The position numbers and the translations under genes were made by a program. From the NCBI RefSeq assembly GCF_988243305.1, contig NZ_OZ547136.1: a stretch of 64,000 nucleotides of DNA; one strand, 5' to 3'. Position 1 is the first letter of the stretch. The number at the start of each line of letters is the position of its first letter. The notes beneath the pieces were generated by a model. That model was not told where the DNA came from, did no database searches, and worked only from the letters and a program-made list of their open reading frames with translations. This document shows, piece by piece, positions 48,169 through 56,636 of this stretch.

Positions 48169-48413
48169 GCTTTACCTGTCAGAATGCTTTTGATTCGGGA
48201 CTCAAGCTCTTCAGTCATCACGTCCACGCCGCTCAACTCATCAGTGGCAGCCTCTGCCAGCAGCGAATGCAGTTGTTCCAGGGATATTTCCCCGGCAATG
48301 CTGAGTTCAGTCAACTCACGACATACCTTTATGGTTTCAGGAGGTAACTGTGTTGCAAGACTGAATGCTTTCTGATGGGCACTGCTCATCAGTGAGCGGT
48401 TATCTGTTGCCAT
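48165..48413 (-). CDS. hypothetical protein, paralogue of C-terminal segment of the upstream gp27-like protein
   Basis: C-terminus AATDELSGVDVMTEELESRIKSILTGKA aligns with AVTDELRGVDGMSEQIEFRIRQMLLGKA of ORF 48424..49005. Confidence 0.4.
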   Translation of the reverse strand: MATDNRSLMSSAHQKAFSLATQLPPETIKVCRELTELSIAGEISLEQLHSLLAEAATDELSGVDVMTEELESRIKSILTGKA

Positions 48414-48423
48414 GATTCACCTC

Positions 48424-49005
48424 CTACGCCTTACCCAGCAGCATCTGCCTGATACGGAATTCGATCTGCTCGCTCATGCCATCCACGCCGCGCAACTCAT
48501 CGGTGACCGCATTCGCCATCTCTTCAGCAAATGCGGCCCGGATTTCTTTTTCACGCTTAATGCTGCGCTCGGCGGCACTTTCTGCACGCTGTGCCGACAG
48601 GAGGATGTCCTTAATAAGGCGCATATCCACATCGCTGTCGCTGTTCAGGGATTCGGTGGCGGCACGCAGACGGCGGTACATCAGGGCACGGGACATCTCC
48701 AGAATCAGTGCCGTGGTTTCACCGGTCGGCTTATCCCCCAGTTCGGCCATCATGGCTTTTGTCTGCTCGCGTAAATCACGCAGATTACGGGCAATCAGCT
48801 CATTACGGGAGGCTTCCCGGCTGATGGCCGCCGGTGAGAGCTGCTGCTCTTCCGGCAGACCTGCTTCACGGATCAGACGGTTGATTTCCTCGCGGATCTG
48901 GACCTGCGTCAGACGTTTTTCACGCAGCATTTCCAGCAGCGGCTTACGGATGCTGTCGGGGAGCAAATCCACCTTGCGTACACGGCCACGCGTCGGCTTA
49001 TCCAT
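48424..49005 (-). CDS. terminase small subunit-like protein (Mu D/gp27 position)
   Basis: 193-aa ORF upstream of large terminase; synteny. Confidence 0.55.
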   Translation of the reverse strand: MDKPTRGRVRKVDLLPDSIRKPLLEMLREKRLTQVQIREEINRLIREAGLPEEQQLSPAAISREASRNELIARNLRDLREQTKAMMAELGDKPTGETTALILEMSRALMYRRLRAATESLNSDSDVDMRLIKDILLSAQRAESAAERSIKREKEIRAAFAEEMANAVTDELRGVDGMSEQIEFRIRQMLLGKA

Positions 49006-49007
49006 CG

Positions 49008-49298
49008 TTACCCCCTTGCGCGTGGTTTCTTCACACCCGGAACAGTGGCACGACCTTCCGCCACATCCTGACCCCGGCCGGTCAGTTCAGCGATGAAATA
49101 ACCGTTAACAAGCGTGCGCTTACGCACCAGTCCCTGCTCAGCAAGCCAGGCAATGTGGGTGTGAACGGTGTCGCGGGACACGCGGTGGCCGTAATCATCC
49201 AGGCAGTCCTGAAGCACGGATTCGCCCAGTTCGCCGTTGTAATCCGCCAGCGACCGCAGAATGACAAGACGCTGATCTTCAGTAATGAAATCACTCAT
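49008..49298 (-). CDS. hypothetical protein (Mu gp26 position)
   Basis: 96-aa ORF; synteny only. Confidence 0.4.
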   Translation of the reverse strand: MSDFITEDQRLVILRSLADYNGELGESVLQDCLDDYGHRVSRDTVHTHIAWLAEQGLVRKRTLVNGYFIAELTGRGQDVAEGRATVPGVKKPRARG

Positions 49299-49602
49299 TG
49301 TGTTTTTTCCTTACAGCCTGCTCCAGCAGCAGTTCGTTCTGGTGGGAGACGGATTTCAGGGTGGCATTGGTGGCCTTAAGCTCACCGCGCAGGGTGGTGA
49401 TTTCGATATTGAGTCTGTTCACCTCCTGCTGCGTGGGCAGGCCGGAAATCCGGCTCTCCACCCGCTCAACCCGGTCGGAGAGTTTTTCAAAGGCCTCGCG
49501 GGGGACAAAGGTTTTGCGCATCAGCGCCATAAAGATCCCCCCGGCCGTGGCTGTTGCCGACAGGATCGGCACGACATAATCTTTAACGATGCTGACCCAC
49601 AT
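49291..49602 (-). CDS. hypothetical membrane protein (single TM helix; Mu gp25 position)
   Basis: N-terminal hydrophobic segment VVPILSATATAGGIFMALM then coiled coil. Confidence 0.4.
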   Translation of the reverse strand: MWVSIVKDYVVPILSATATAGGIFMALMRKTFVPREAFEKLSDRVERVESRISGLPTQQEVNRLNIEITTLRGELKATNATLKSVSHQNELLLEQAVRKKHNE

Positions 49603-49810
49603 GACCGGCCTCCATGATGCTCTGGCAGTTCACACAACGGATGGCATCCGGCACGGCAACCAGACGGGCGGCCGGAATGTCACCCCCGCAGTCTGCGCAT
49701 ACACGCCTGCCCGGAGTCTCCTCCACCCGGCACTTACGTGTCAGCCGGTCACAAAGGGCGCGTTCTGTTGCCCGCTCCACGACTGCCTGAGCACAATCTG
49801 AATCATCCAT
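49583..49810 (-). CDS. TraR/DksA-family C4 zinc-finger protein
   Basis: Start at MDDSDCAQAVVER within longer ORF; CADCGGDIPAARLVAVPDAIRCVNCQ four-Cys motif. Confidence 0.6.
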   Translation of the reverse strand: MDDSDCAQAVVERATERALCDRLTRKCRVEETPGRRVCADCGGDIPAARLVAVPDAIRCVNCQSIMEAGHVGQHR

Positions 49811-49820
49811 ACCTTTTTCC

Positions 49821-50192
49821 TTACTTCGTCTTTCCTGCCGGAACAGCAGTCGTTCCGGCCATATCAGTAAATTCATGCTGTCGCTGTGCCTCCAGACGGC
49901 GGATGCTGGCCTTGTCCACGTTGCAGTTCTTAATCACCGCCAGCAGTTGCAGGTTGTAAGTGACCGATGCGCCAAACGTGAACGGCTGCGGCACAGGAGG
50001 AACCAGACAGTCAGCCAGCCATTCAGCGGGGATCGGCACCGGCTTCACCGGCACGTATTTCACAGACGGCCCGCCGCACCCGGTCAGCCACATCATCAGG
50101 CACAGGAACAGAGGCCGCAGGCACCGTTGCCAGCGACCGGCGGACAATGCTCTGCTGTTCCTCGCTGTGCTGCATGTTCTGCTGTTTTTCAT
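49821..50192 (-). CDS. putative outer-membrane spanin lipoprotein (o-spanin)
   Basis: Lipobox LTGC after hydrophobic stretch, Pro-rich periplasmic part; begins inside i-spanin frame. Confidence 0.45.
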   Translation of the reverse strand: MKNSRTCSTARNSRALSAGRWQRCLRPLFLCLMMWLTGCGGPSVKYVPVKPVPIPAEWLADCLVPPVPQPFTFGASVTYNLQLLAVIKNCNVDKASIRRLEAQRQHEFTDMAGTTAVPAGKTK

Positions 50193-50523
50193 TCGTGGCC
50201 GCCTTACTGATTTGTGAAATGAGTTGCAGGGTACGTTGCTGGTTTGCCAGCACCAGACGGGCTTCGTCCCGTTCACGCACAAGCACATGATTATTGTCTT
50301 CAAGACGCTGTGTCTTCTGGTGCATTCCCCATACCACGGCAGCCAGCACGCTCATCACCCCCAGCGCCGCCATACACCCTCCGGCAATCAGGGCCGGTAA
50401 GGGATTATTCACCGCAGCCACAGCACACCCCGGAGCACCACAACGACACACAACAGCGCAATCATGAGTGGTCGCCAGAAGCGGTTCAGACTTTCGGCAA
50501 ATCGTAGCGACATAACCATTCAT
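50023..50523 (-). CDS. putative inner-membrane spanin (i-spanin)
   Basis: TM segment ALIAGGCMAALGVMSVLAAVVWGM followed by coiled coil; immediately downstream of endolysin; start uncertain. Confidence 0.4.
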   Translation of the reverse strand: MNGYVATICRKSEPLLATTHDCAVVCRCGAPGCAVAAVNNPLPALIAGGCMAALGVMSVLAAVVWGMHQKTQRLEDNNHVLVRERDEARLVLANQQRTLQLISQISKAATNEKQQNMQHSEEQQSIVRRSLATVPAASVPVPDDVADRVRRAVCEIRAGEAGADPR

Positions 50524-50986
50524 CCGCCGAACGGCGGGCCTCAAGACCGGGGAGTTTTACCCCCTTTGAATAAATCCAGCGGATATACTGCTTACAGGAC
50601 GCGGGCATCTGCCCGGCATTGATCAGGCGCAGAAGCGTGGAGTTGCGAAAGTTCGTTTCACCGGCCCAGAAGATCCACGAAGCCAGCGCCACCGTCTGAC
50701 CACGGGTAAGCGGCACCTGAACATGACGATCGATAGCCGCAAAGGCCCATTTCATGTCCTTTTCCAGCAGTTCCAGACATTCTTCATCGGTTTTTGTCAT
50801 ACCCGGTTTCACATCCGGGCCGGTATGGCCGTGGCAGATGGTGGGGGTGCCGGTGGGGTCGAGATACGTGGTGTTTTCTTTCCCTTCCCAGTAGCCGGTG
50901 TAGTGCGTGGCAATAGTGAACGTCCCGGCTCCGGCCAGAACAAGGGCAATCAGCTTTTTACGCAGTGGCGCGGGGAGTTTTGGCAT
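50486..50986 (-). CDS. endolysin (GH24 lysozyme) with N-terminal signal-anchor-release-like segment
   Basis: E...D...T catalytic pattern (YWEGKENTTYLDPTGTPTICHGHTG) after hydrophobic Gly/Ala-rich N-terminus KLIALVLAGAGTFTIA. Confidence 0.8.
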   Translation of the reverse strand: MPKLPAPLRKKLIALVLAGAGTFTIATHYTGYWEGKENTTYLDPTGTPTICHGHTGPDVKPGMTKTDEECLELLEKDMKWAFAAIDRHVQVPLTRGQTVALASWIFWAGETNFRNSTLLRLINAGQMPASCKQYIRWIYSKGVKLPGLEARRSADEWLCRYDLPKV

Positions 50987-51057
50987 TGTTACGCTGTCTC
51001 ATGGTGTTCTCTGAGCCAGCGTAACCGTGGGAAAAAGGGGGCAGGATTTGCGGAATA

Positions 51058-51480
51058 TCAGAAAAGCCGGGGCTGCGTGCGCTCCTGATGCAGGCGACGC
51101 TGGTTGCGGATAACGGAGTAAATCTGCGTCTCTGACATCTGGTAATGGCGGCGCAGGGTTTCAATTTTTTCGCCCTGGCTCCAGCGGGAAAAAATTTCAT
51201 TATTGCGCAGTTCGGTGAAAAGGGATTCACCGACCGGGAGATAATAACCACGCCCGCCCATGTACCCGGCCTGTGCGGCTGCAACCTTACGGGCAAGCAT
51301 TCCCGCCTGAGCAGGTTCAATCCCCTGACGGTGCAGTTCAGCACTGATCACATCAACCAGGTCCCGCAGCGTGCCGGGCCAGTTCTTTTTCAGCTCATCA
51401 TCAGGAATATCATCCAGACGGTCAATCAGCGCGTGCAGCTGTTCGCTGTCACCAAACATGCTCATCTGTGTTTCAGCCAT
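51058..51480 (-). CDS. Mor/C-family transcriptional activator
   Basis: 140-aa ORF with C-terminal HTH LRRHYQMSETQIYSVIRNQRR resembling Mu Mor/C. Confidence 0.7.
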   Translation of the reverse strand: MAETQMSMFGDSEQLHALIDRLDDIPDDELKKNWPGTLRDLVDVISAELHRQGIEPAQAGMLARKVAAAQAGYMGGRGYYLPVGESLFTELRNNEIFSRWSQGEKIETLRRHYQMSETQIYSVIRNQRRLHQERTQPRLF

Positions 51481-51550
51481 ACCCGCCTCCGGTCATCATT
51501 ACACAGGGCAAGTTTAAAATAAAAATCCCGCGCTGTGGCGGGATTTGGGG

Positions 51551-52063
51551 TTAAAAGGGGGAGGATTCTTCATACAGCCTGCAAACGCGCTCATAACTCA
51601 TCACTGTACGCGCTGACATCCCCAGCACATCCAGCATCTTGCGGCGGTGCCAGCGTTTGAGACGCTCCAGCACATCAGAGGCCAGCGCGGGGTGTTGTTC
51701 CAGCCACTGCCAGTTAGCCACACCTTCGCCGCCGTTCTGAGCGACCGTCTGCGATTTCACCCAGCGGTTAAGGGCTGTTTCCCCGCCATCAGAGATAAAG
51801 CCCTGCCGGTGCATCACCTTCCAGATGGCGCGAATTTTGGCGGTCACCGTACCCGGTTTTAAGGCCCGGTTAACCGGCTTCTGACGCACTTTAAAACCGC
51901 GTTTTTTGAAAACATCCAGCACGCGGGATAACTCATCCGGTGACATATCCCGGCAACTGGGTTTACCGGTGGCTGCCAGTAGTACGGATGTGTAGGTCTC
52001 ATGGTCAAGCTGTAGATCGCGTTTTGCGACATGTATTAAGGTAATCAGGGAAGCGCGATTCAT
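51551..52063 (-). CDS. GemA/gp16-like protein
   Basis: N-terminus MNRASLITLIHVAKRDLQLDHETYTSVLLAATGKPSCRDMSPDELSRVL resembles Mu-like gp16 (GemA) family as I remember it. Confidence 0.6.
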   Translation of the reverse strand: MNRASLITLIHVAKRDLQLDHETYTSVLLAATGKPSCRDMSPDELSRVLDVFKKRGFKVRQKPVNRALKPGTVTAKIRAIWKVMHRQGFISDGGETALNRWVKSQTVAQNGGEGVANWQWLEQHPALASDVLERLKRWHRRKMLDVLGMSARTVMSYERVCRLYEESSPF

Positions 52064-52127
52064 TATCGTGTCTCCGTAACAACAGGCGGCATGGCAACGC
52101 CGCCCGGATAAAACTAAAGGTATCGAT

Positions 52128-52475
52128 ATGAAAATAGATTACGATGAAGTATTAAGTATTCTCACAACTTTTCAGGATGCTGAAACACCTTTCCTTACAC
52201 TACAGGATCTGGGCATGGCTGAGGCAGAAGGAGAGGAAAAGGATAAAAAAGTTTTTCATCTTATGCTTCTCGCTGATAATGGCTCAATTGTTAATGGTGA
52301 TATGCAGTCAGAAACACCCAAATATATTGGTTTCTTTTTCCATTCTCTGGGCGTTGGTTTCAGAAACACGCCCATTATGCTTACCCAGCAGGGGCATGAT
52401 TTAGCTAACGCCCTGAGAAAAAACCAATCCTTGAAAGAATCAAAAAGGAGTTTACAGACGCACCATTTGATCTAA
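52128..52475 (+). CDS. hypothetical protein (115 aa) on opposite strand within early operon, low GC
   Basis: AAAGG SD 7 nt upstream of ATG; AT-rich; only plus-strand gene in this otherwise minus-strand early region. Confidence 0.5.
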   Translation: MKIDYDEVLSILTTFQDAETPFLTLQDLGMAEAEGEEKDKKVFHLMLLADNGSIVNGDMQSETPKYIGFFFHSLGVGFRNTPIMLTQQGHDLANALRKNQSLKESKRSLQTHHLI

Positions 52476-52498
52476 TTAAAGAAGTTACCAAATCAATG

Positions 52499-52807
52499 TT
52501 AACCAGGTTCGTCAAAGAACGTATTGGGATTGACTGAACAACTTAATTCAGCCAGTAATCGCAGGGCGGCGACAGCCGCCTGCTTGTCACTTCTTTTAGC
52601 TATTTCCGCAAGAGTATGCACAATCCATAACGGACTTAACGCCACGGCTGAATCCAGAATCATGTCATCCATAATAATTTCTGGCATATCCCGCTTGTCA
52701 CATTCTTTATCCATAAAAGAAACGAATTTCTCTGCATCTTCCGGTTTCATGCCTCCGGCGATAAGGATTTTGCGATATTCATAAGACGATCTTAATTCAA
52801 TACTCAT
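52499..52807 (-). CDS. hypothetical protein (102 aa)
   Basis: ORF in low-GC island. Confidence 0.4.
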   Translation of the reverse strand: MSIELRSSYEYRKILIAGGMKPEDAEKFVSFMDKECDKRDMPEIIMDDMILDSAVALSPLWIVHTLAEIAKRSDKQAAVAALRLLAELSCSVNPNTFFDEPG

Positions 52808-52822
52808 TATTCACCTGCCTGC

Positions 52823-53215
52823 TTAATCTGTTTCCAGTGCTTTGCTACGGGCTATAGCCTCACATTCAAAAAATACCGACTCCGGCACGCGCTCTTTTAA
52901 TTCACGAACAAGGAAATCATTAACGCGTTCATGACGTCTTATATTTCTTTCCTTTTCCTCCTGGCGCAATACAGCAAGGCGGTATTCAACAGCCCGGCGT
53001 TGTTTCTGAAAGACAGCCAGTGCTTTTCTGGCAGCATTACGCCATGCATCATCGCCACATGGTGCGTATTCAAGCTGAAATTTAATCTCTTCAATAGTTT
53101 CTTTGATTTTTGCCAGCAAGCTAAGACAGTCGCTTATTGTCTCCAGCTTTTCATTATCAATATAACTTCTCACGCATTCACCTCCCGTAATTCCGGTAAA
53201 GCCGAAATATGACAC
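52823..53215 (-). CDS. hypothetical coiled-coil protein (start probably internal)
   Basis: ORF overlaps upstream gene by 46 nt; Lys/Glu/Arg-rich. Confidence 0.4.
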   Translation of the reverse strand: MSYFGFTGITGGECVRSYIDNEKLETISDCLSLLAKIKETIEEIKFQLEYAPCGDDAWRNAARKALAVFQKQRRAVEYRLAVLRQEEKERNIRRHERVNDFLVRELKERVPESVFFECEAIARSKALETD

Positions 53216-53499
53216 CAGTGCGTCACCTGTCCGTCTTCATCTTCAAGGCAGGCTCCGGTTTCTTCATCAACAAAAAAGCCTTCATACCCCATATGGCCGA
53301 TGCGCAGCTCCTGACGGTGACCATACTGAACAATCAGCACGACAGCCTCCATATCAGGTGGGAAAGTATCATTCAGTGAATGCCAGGGATAACCGCGTAA
53401 ATCCCCGAAATAAACACCGGTCAGCGTTCCGCCACAGAGCGGCATTCCGGCGGCACACACAAGAGGTTCATCTGATTCAACAAATAAGGTCGTTATCAT
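53170..53499 (-). CDS. hypothetical protein (109 aa)
   Basis: ORF, 4-nt overlap with upstream gene. Confidence 0.4.
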   Translation of the reverse strand: MITTLFVESDEPLVCAAGMPLCGGTLTGVYFGDLRGYPWHSLNDTFPPDMEAVVLIVQYGHRQELRIGHMGYEGFFVDEETGACLEDEDGQVTHWCHISALPELREVNA

Positions 53500-54047
53500 G
53501 GCGTTAACTCCCGTAATACAGCGTCCTCGGCAGTCCGGCGACGGTAATAAACTGCGTGAGCAGAATGTTCAGATATTCCAAACTTTTCGCCAATTTCCCG
53601 GAATGACAGACGGCGTGGGTAATCGGAATCACGCAGCGCACGTATAAGACGTACATCATCATCAGATATGCGCGTGCCGGGGCGTAACTCTCCGCACTTT
53701 GTTAATCCAGCACCAATCATTCCTGCCCGACATCTGACAGAATCTTTATTACGTCCGAGATATTCTCCCATTTGCTGGCAGGTCATTGTTCTGGCATTTT
53801 TTCGAATAAACTTATCTTCATCAGGTGTAAATCTTGGGTGTTTATATTTCAGTAACTCCGGGTATGAACTGCGCAATACACCAGTCCGGTTATATACAGC
53901 CCAGACAGTTCTTTTTATTCTGGCAGCAATATCCTTAACCGGGGTGGATGAATAAAGCGCAATCAGCAGCGCATCTTCTTCAGGTGTCCACGGACGGACA
54001 TGAGCGGGGGCGCGACCTTTTAGTCCCATGGGTTGTAATTTCATCAT
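53496..54047 (-). CDS. hypothetical DNA-binding protein with repeated HTH-like modules
   Basis: Three similar segments WTPEEDALLIALY...IKRTVWAVYNR / FTPDEDKFIRKNAR...MGEYLGRNKDSVR / ISDDDVRLIRALR...FREIGEKFGISEHSAHAVYYRR. Confidence 0.45.
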   Translation of the reverse strand: MMKLQPMGLKGRAPAHVRPWTPEEDALLIALYSSTPVKDIAARIKRTVWAVYNRTGVLRSSYPELLKYKHPRFTPDEDKFIRKNARTMTCQQMGEYLGRNKDSVRCRAGMIGAGLTKCGELRPGTRISDDDVRLIRALRDSDYPRRLSFREIGEKFGISEHSAHAVYYRRRTAEDAVLRELTP

Positions 54048-54050
54048 GCA

Positions 54051-54566
54051 TCACCCCCTGACTCGCTTTTCAGCAGCATAAAACTCATCAGACAGTATTT
54101 CGGTCATTTTCTGTTTTGCGGGTTTTACGCCGCACTGAAGGTAAATCACATCGTCAACGCAGAACCACTTCACAGGGCCAAACAGGATTGCCGAGAAATC
54201 AATACCCAGCCAGAACAACAGCGCATCGGTTCTGGCATACGTGACGGGCGAATATTCACGCCACAGACTGTTCAGTTCATCAGAGGCAACACGCAGGGTT
54301 TTAGGGATACGTGATGTGCGCGGTGTGCAGCTCCAGCCATTCGACGCAGTCGGTTTTCGCCATAAGTCGCGATGAAAAGGATATTTGTCCTCCGTAAAAC
54401 GCAGTCCCTTAAAGCAAAATCCACTGATACCGGATACAAATACCGACCGGCACGCAACATTCAGCACGGCCTCAAGGCGTTTTGCCTCATCCTTAACTTT
54501 CTGGCAGTCCTGCTGGTATTTTTGCCACGCAGCCAGCGCGGAAGGGTTTGATGTTTTAAAGAACAT
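54051..54566 (-). CDS. hypothetical protein (171 aa)
   Basis: ORF translationally coupled to neighbours. Confidence 0.4.
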   Translation of the reverse strand: MFFKTSNPSALAAWQKYQQDCQKVKDEAKRLEAVLNVACRSVFVSGISGFCFKGLRFTEDKYPFHRDLWRKPTASNGWSCTPRTSRIPKTLRVASDELNSLWREYSPVTYARTDALLFWLGIDFSAILFGPVKWFCVDDVIYLQCGVKPAKQKMTEILSDEFYAAEKRVRG

Positions 54567-55099
54567 TACGCCACCTCCGCAGATATCCCGGCAGGCGCTG
54601 CTGTCCGGTCAACAATCAGGTAGCGCAGAACATGTTCAGTGATATTCCAGCCGCTTAAACCGCAGATAATGACGCCCAGGCGTATGTCGATATACGCCAT
54701 CACAAACTGGGGCACGCCTTCTTTCATGGCCTGCTCATCAACTTCAGCCACCACATAAACGGTTTCACAGGTCAGAACGCCCTGAGCAAATTCCCACGCC
54801 ATCGACGGAATATCATGCCCCTCAATCCATGGCAGGGATTTTCTGAAGCCGCACCACTGAACATCATCAGCCGCAGATTCCTGGCTGCATTTGCGACGAA
54901 CCGGCTGCACCGGGCGGGGGCGCGGAATATCATAAAAACCGTTACATTCCGTCAGCACGCCTGCATCAACCGCATCACGCAGAAAATAAACCATGGAGGA
55001 TGGCGGCATATTCATTTTTTCAGCCAGTACACCGCAGGTCAGGCGGCCATAAATACGCAGCCAGTTTTTAACCCCTTCAAGCACTTTTGCATCAATCAT
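54566..55099 (-). CDS. hypothetical protein (177 aa), possible N-terminal winged helix
   Basis: ORF downstream of gam. Confidence 0.4.
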   Translation of the reverse strand: MIDAKVLEGVKNWLRIYGRLTCGVLAEKMNMPPSSMVYFLRDAVDAGVLTECNGFYDIPRPRPVQPVRRKCSQESAADDVQWCGFRKSLPWIEGHDIPSMAWEFAQGVLTCETVYVVAEVDEQAMKEGVPQFVMAYIDIRLGVIICGLSGWNITEHVLRYLIVDRTAAPAGISAEVA

Positions 55100-55244
55100 G
55101 ATTTATTTCCCCACCACATTATTAATGACGATATAAACGTATTTCATATTTCTTAACCCTTATTTTCTGTTTTCAGGCGCAAGCAGTCCCCTGACGCGAG
55201 CGCCATAATTAAAATGAAGTGATATTTAATTGATTAATGCGGTG

Positions 55245-55775
55245 TTATTTATTCAGTCCGGCGTCCTGTTCAAAAGGCTCGACATAAAAACTTTCAGCGC
55301 CTTTATTCACCTTGATACCGGCAATGCCTTTCACCGCATCCGGCTCCGCCAGGACGGCTTCCTTGTTCACTTCCTCTTTCGTGCGGATGAAACGCTCAAG
55401 CCCCATACGGCGCAGCATTTCAATCACACCTTCCACATCACGGCTGACGCTGCATGATGGCGTTCCCAGCCGCCATGACACCGTTCCGGTGGTCAGATTG
55501 GCTGTTTTGGTTTTGCCGCCGTTCGTCAGCTCATCACGGTTGGTTTTGCACCAGTCCTGAATCCCTTTAAAAAGCACTTTGATTTGCTTTTTAAGATTTT
55601 CAATCTGCGGCGTATAACGGGCGGTGATTTCTGCCACTTCGTCATTCATCGCCGTTTCCAGGCGCAGCGCCTCTCGCTGAATATCTCCCAGGGTGCGGAT
55701 ATCACGGCTGACTTCTTCCCGGGTCTGCGGTGCCGCCTCGGCTGCGGCCTTTAATTTTGTAACGCGTTTAGCCAT
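55245..55775 (-). CDS. gam: Gam-like host-nuclease inhibitor (DNA-end binding, Ku-like)
   Basis: MAKRVTKLKAAAEAAPQTREEVSRDIRTLGDIQREALRLETAMNDEVAEIT...ELTNGGKTKTANLTTGTVSWR closely resembles Mu Gam. Confidence 0.8.
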   Translation of the reverse strand: MAKRVTKLKAAAEAAPQTREEVSRDIRTLGDIQREALRLETAMNDEVAEITARYTPQIENLKKQIKVLFKGIQDWCKTNRDELTNGGKTKTANLTTGTVSWRLGTPSCSVSRDVEGVIEMLRRMGLERFIRTKEEVNKEAVLAEPDAVKGIAGIKVNKGAESFYVEPFEQDAGLNK

Positions 55776-55786
55776 TTTGTTTTTCC

Positions 55787-56107
55787 TTATTGCAGTGTGC
55801 CTGATGCTTTATGCACGCGGTGGCGTTTAATGATGGCATCCGCTCCAAAAGACTGTGCAGATGCCTGAAATTCCGCTGAGAGAAACTGAATAATTGCAGG
55901 ACTGTGATACTGGAGAATACTTGCATAAACGTCACAGAGTGACGTCGGCCTGTTATCCGTATCACGTTCTGTTTTCACATCCACTCCAATCTTTTCATGC
56001 ACTTCAACACAGTCATTGCCTGCCAACTTTTCGTCATGCGAAACATGATTAAATTCAAAAATAACGCGTACTTTGCTCATGGAATTACCCCTGTTGATTA
56101 AATTCAT
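55787..56107 (-). CDS. hypothetical protein (106 aa), tandem paralogue A
   Basis: Starts MSKVRVIFEFNHVSHDEK; N-terminus similar to adjacent ORF. Confidence 0.4.
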   Translation of the reverse strand: MNLINRGNSMSKVRVIFEFNHVSHDEKLAGNDCVEVHEKIGVDVKTERDTDNRPTSLCDVYASILQYHSPAIIQFLSAEFQASAQSFGADAIIKRHRVHKASGTLQ

Positions 56108-56357
56108 TACCGTTAATAACCCCGGAAGCCATGCCTCTGTCTTTCATGAATGCACTGGCTTTCATTGCCACAAGCTCTGCGAAGTTTCTGCTTTCCGCGA
56201 GCATAACCACCCCAAAAATCATGGCGGGTCCATCACCTTTCTGCTTTATCCCGGTTGAACGTATGTCCAGACTTACCCCCATGCGCACTGTTCCATCAGC
56301 GTTTTTATGGATAACGTGCTCCTTATATTCGAAAATAATGTGTACGACTTTACTCAT
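56085..56357 (-). CDS. hypothetical protein (90 aa), tandem paralogue B
   Basis: Starts MSKVVHIIFEYKEHVIHKNADG. Confidence 0.4.
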   Translation of the reverse strand: MSKVVHIIFEYKEHVIHKNADGTVRMGVSLDIRSTGIKQKGDGPAMIFGVVMLAESRNFAELVAMKASAFMKDRGMASGVINGNEFNQQG

Positions 56358-56635
56358 CCTCTGGTCCTCGTTCTGTTTGGATAACTGACCCGGCGTCTGA
56401 CCTCACGGCAGAACCGAATCATGGCATTAAAGGCTTCTTCCTCCGTCACCGCTTCCGGTATCCCCGGAACCAGTAACTGCTCCTGTTCATCACGTCCATG
56501 ACGCGCCATAACCTCAATCACATGCCGTACCGTGGCAGGCTTTCCGGCAACTATCGGCAATGCACCTTCCGGCAGGACGTAACCAAACTCAATAAGACCA
56601 CTCGACCACGCCCATGCAATGAGATTTTTTTTCAC
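56354..56635 (-). CDS. hypothetical protein (93 aa)
   Basis: ORF, coupled to neighbours. Confidence 0.4.
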   Translation of the reverse strand: MKKNLIAWAWSSGLIEFGYVLPEGALPIVAGKPATVRHVIEVMARHGRDEQEQLLVPGIPEAVTEEEAFNAMIRFCREVRRRVSYPNRTRTRG

Positions 56636-56636
56636 C

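Noticed and set aside
48476-49096. 206-aa Ser/Arg-rich plus-strand ORF
   Set aside because: Entirely antisense to the gp27-like and gp26-like genes; low-complexity composition and no start context.
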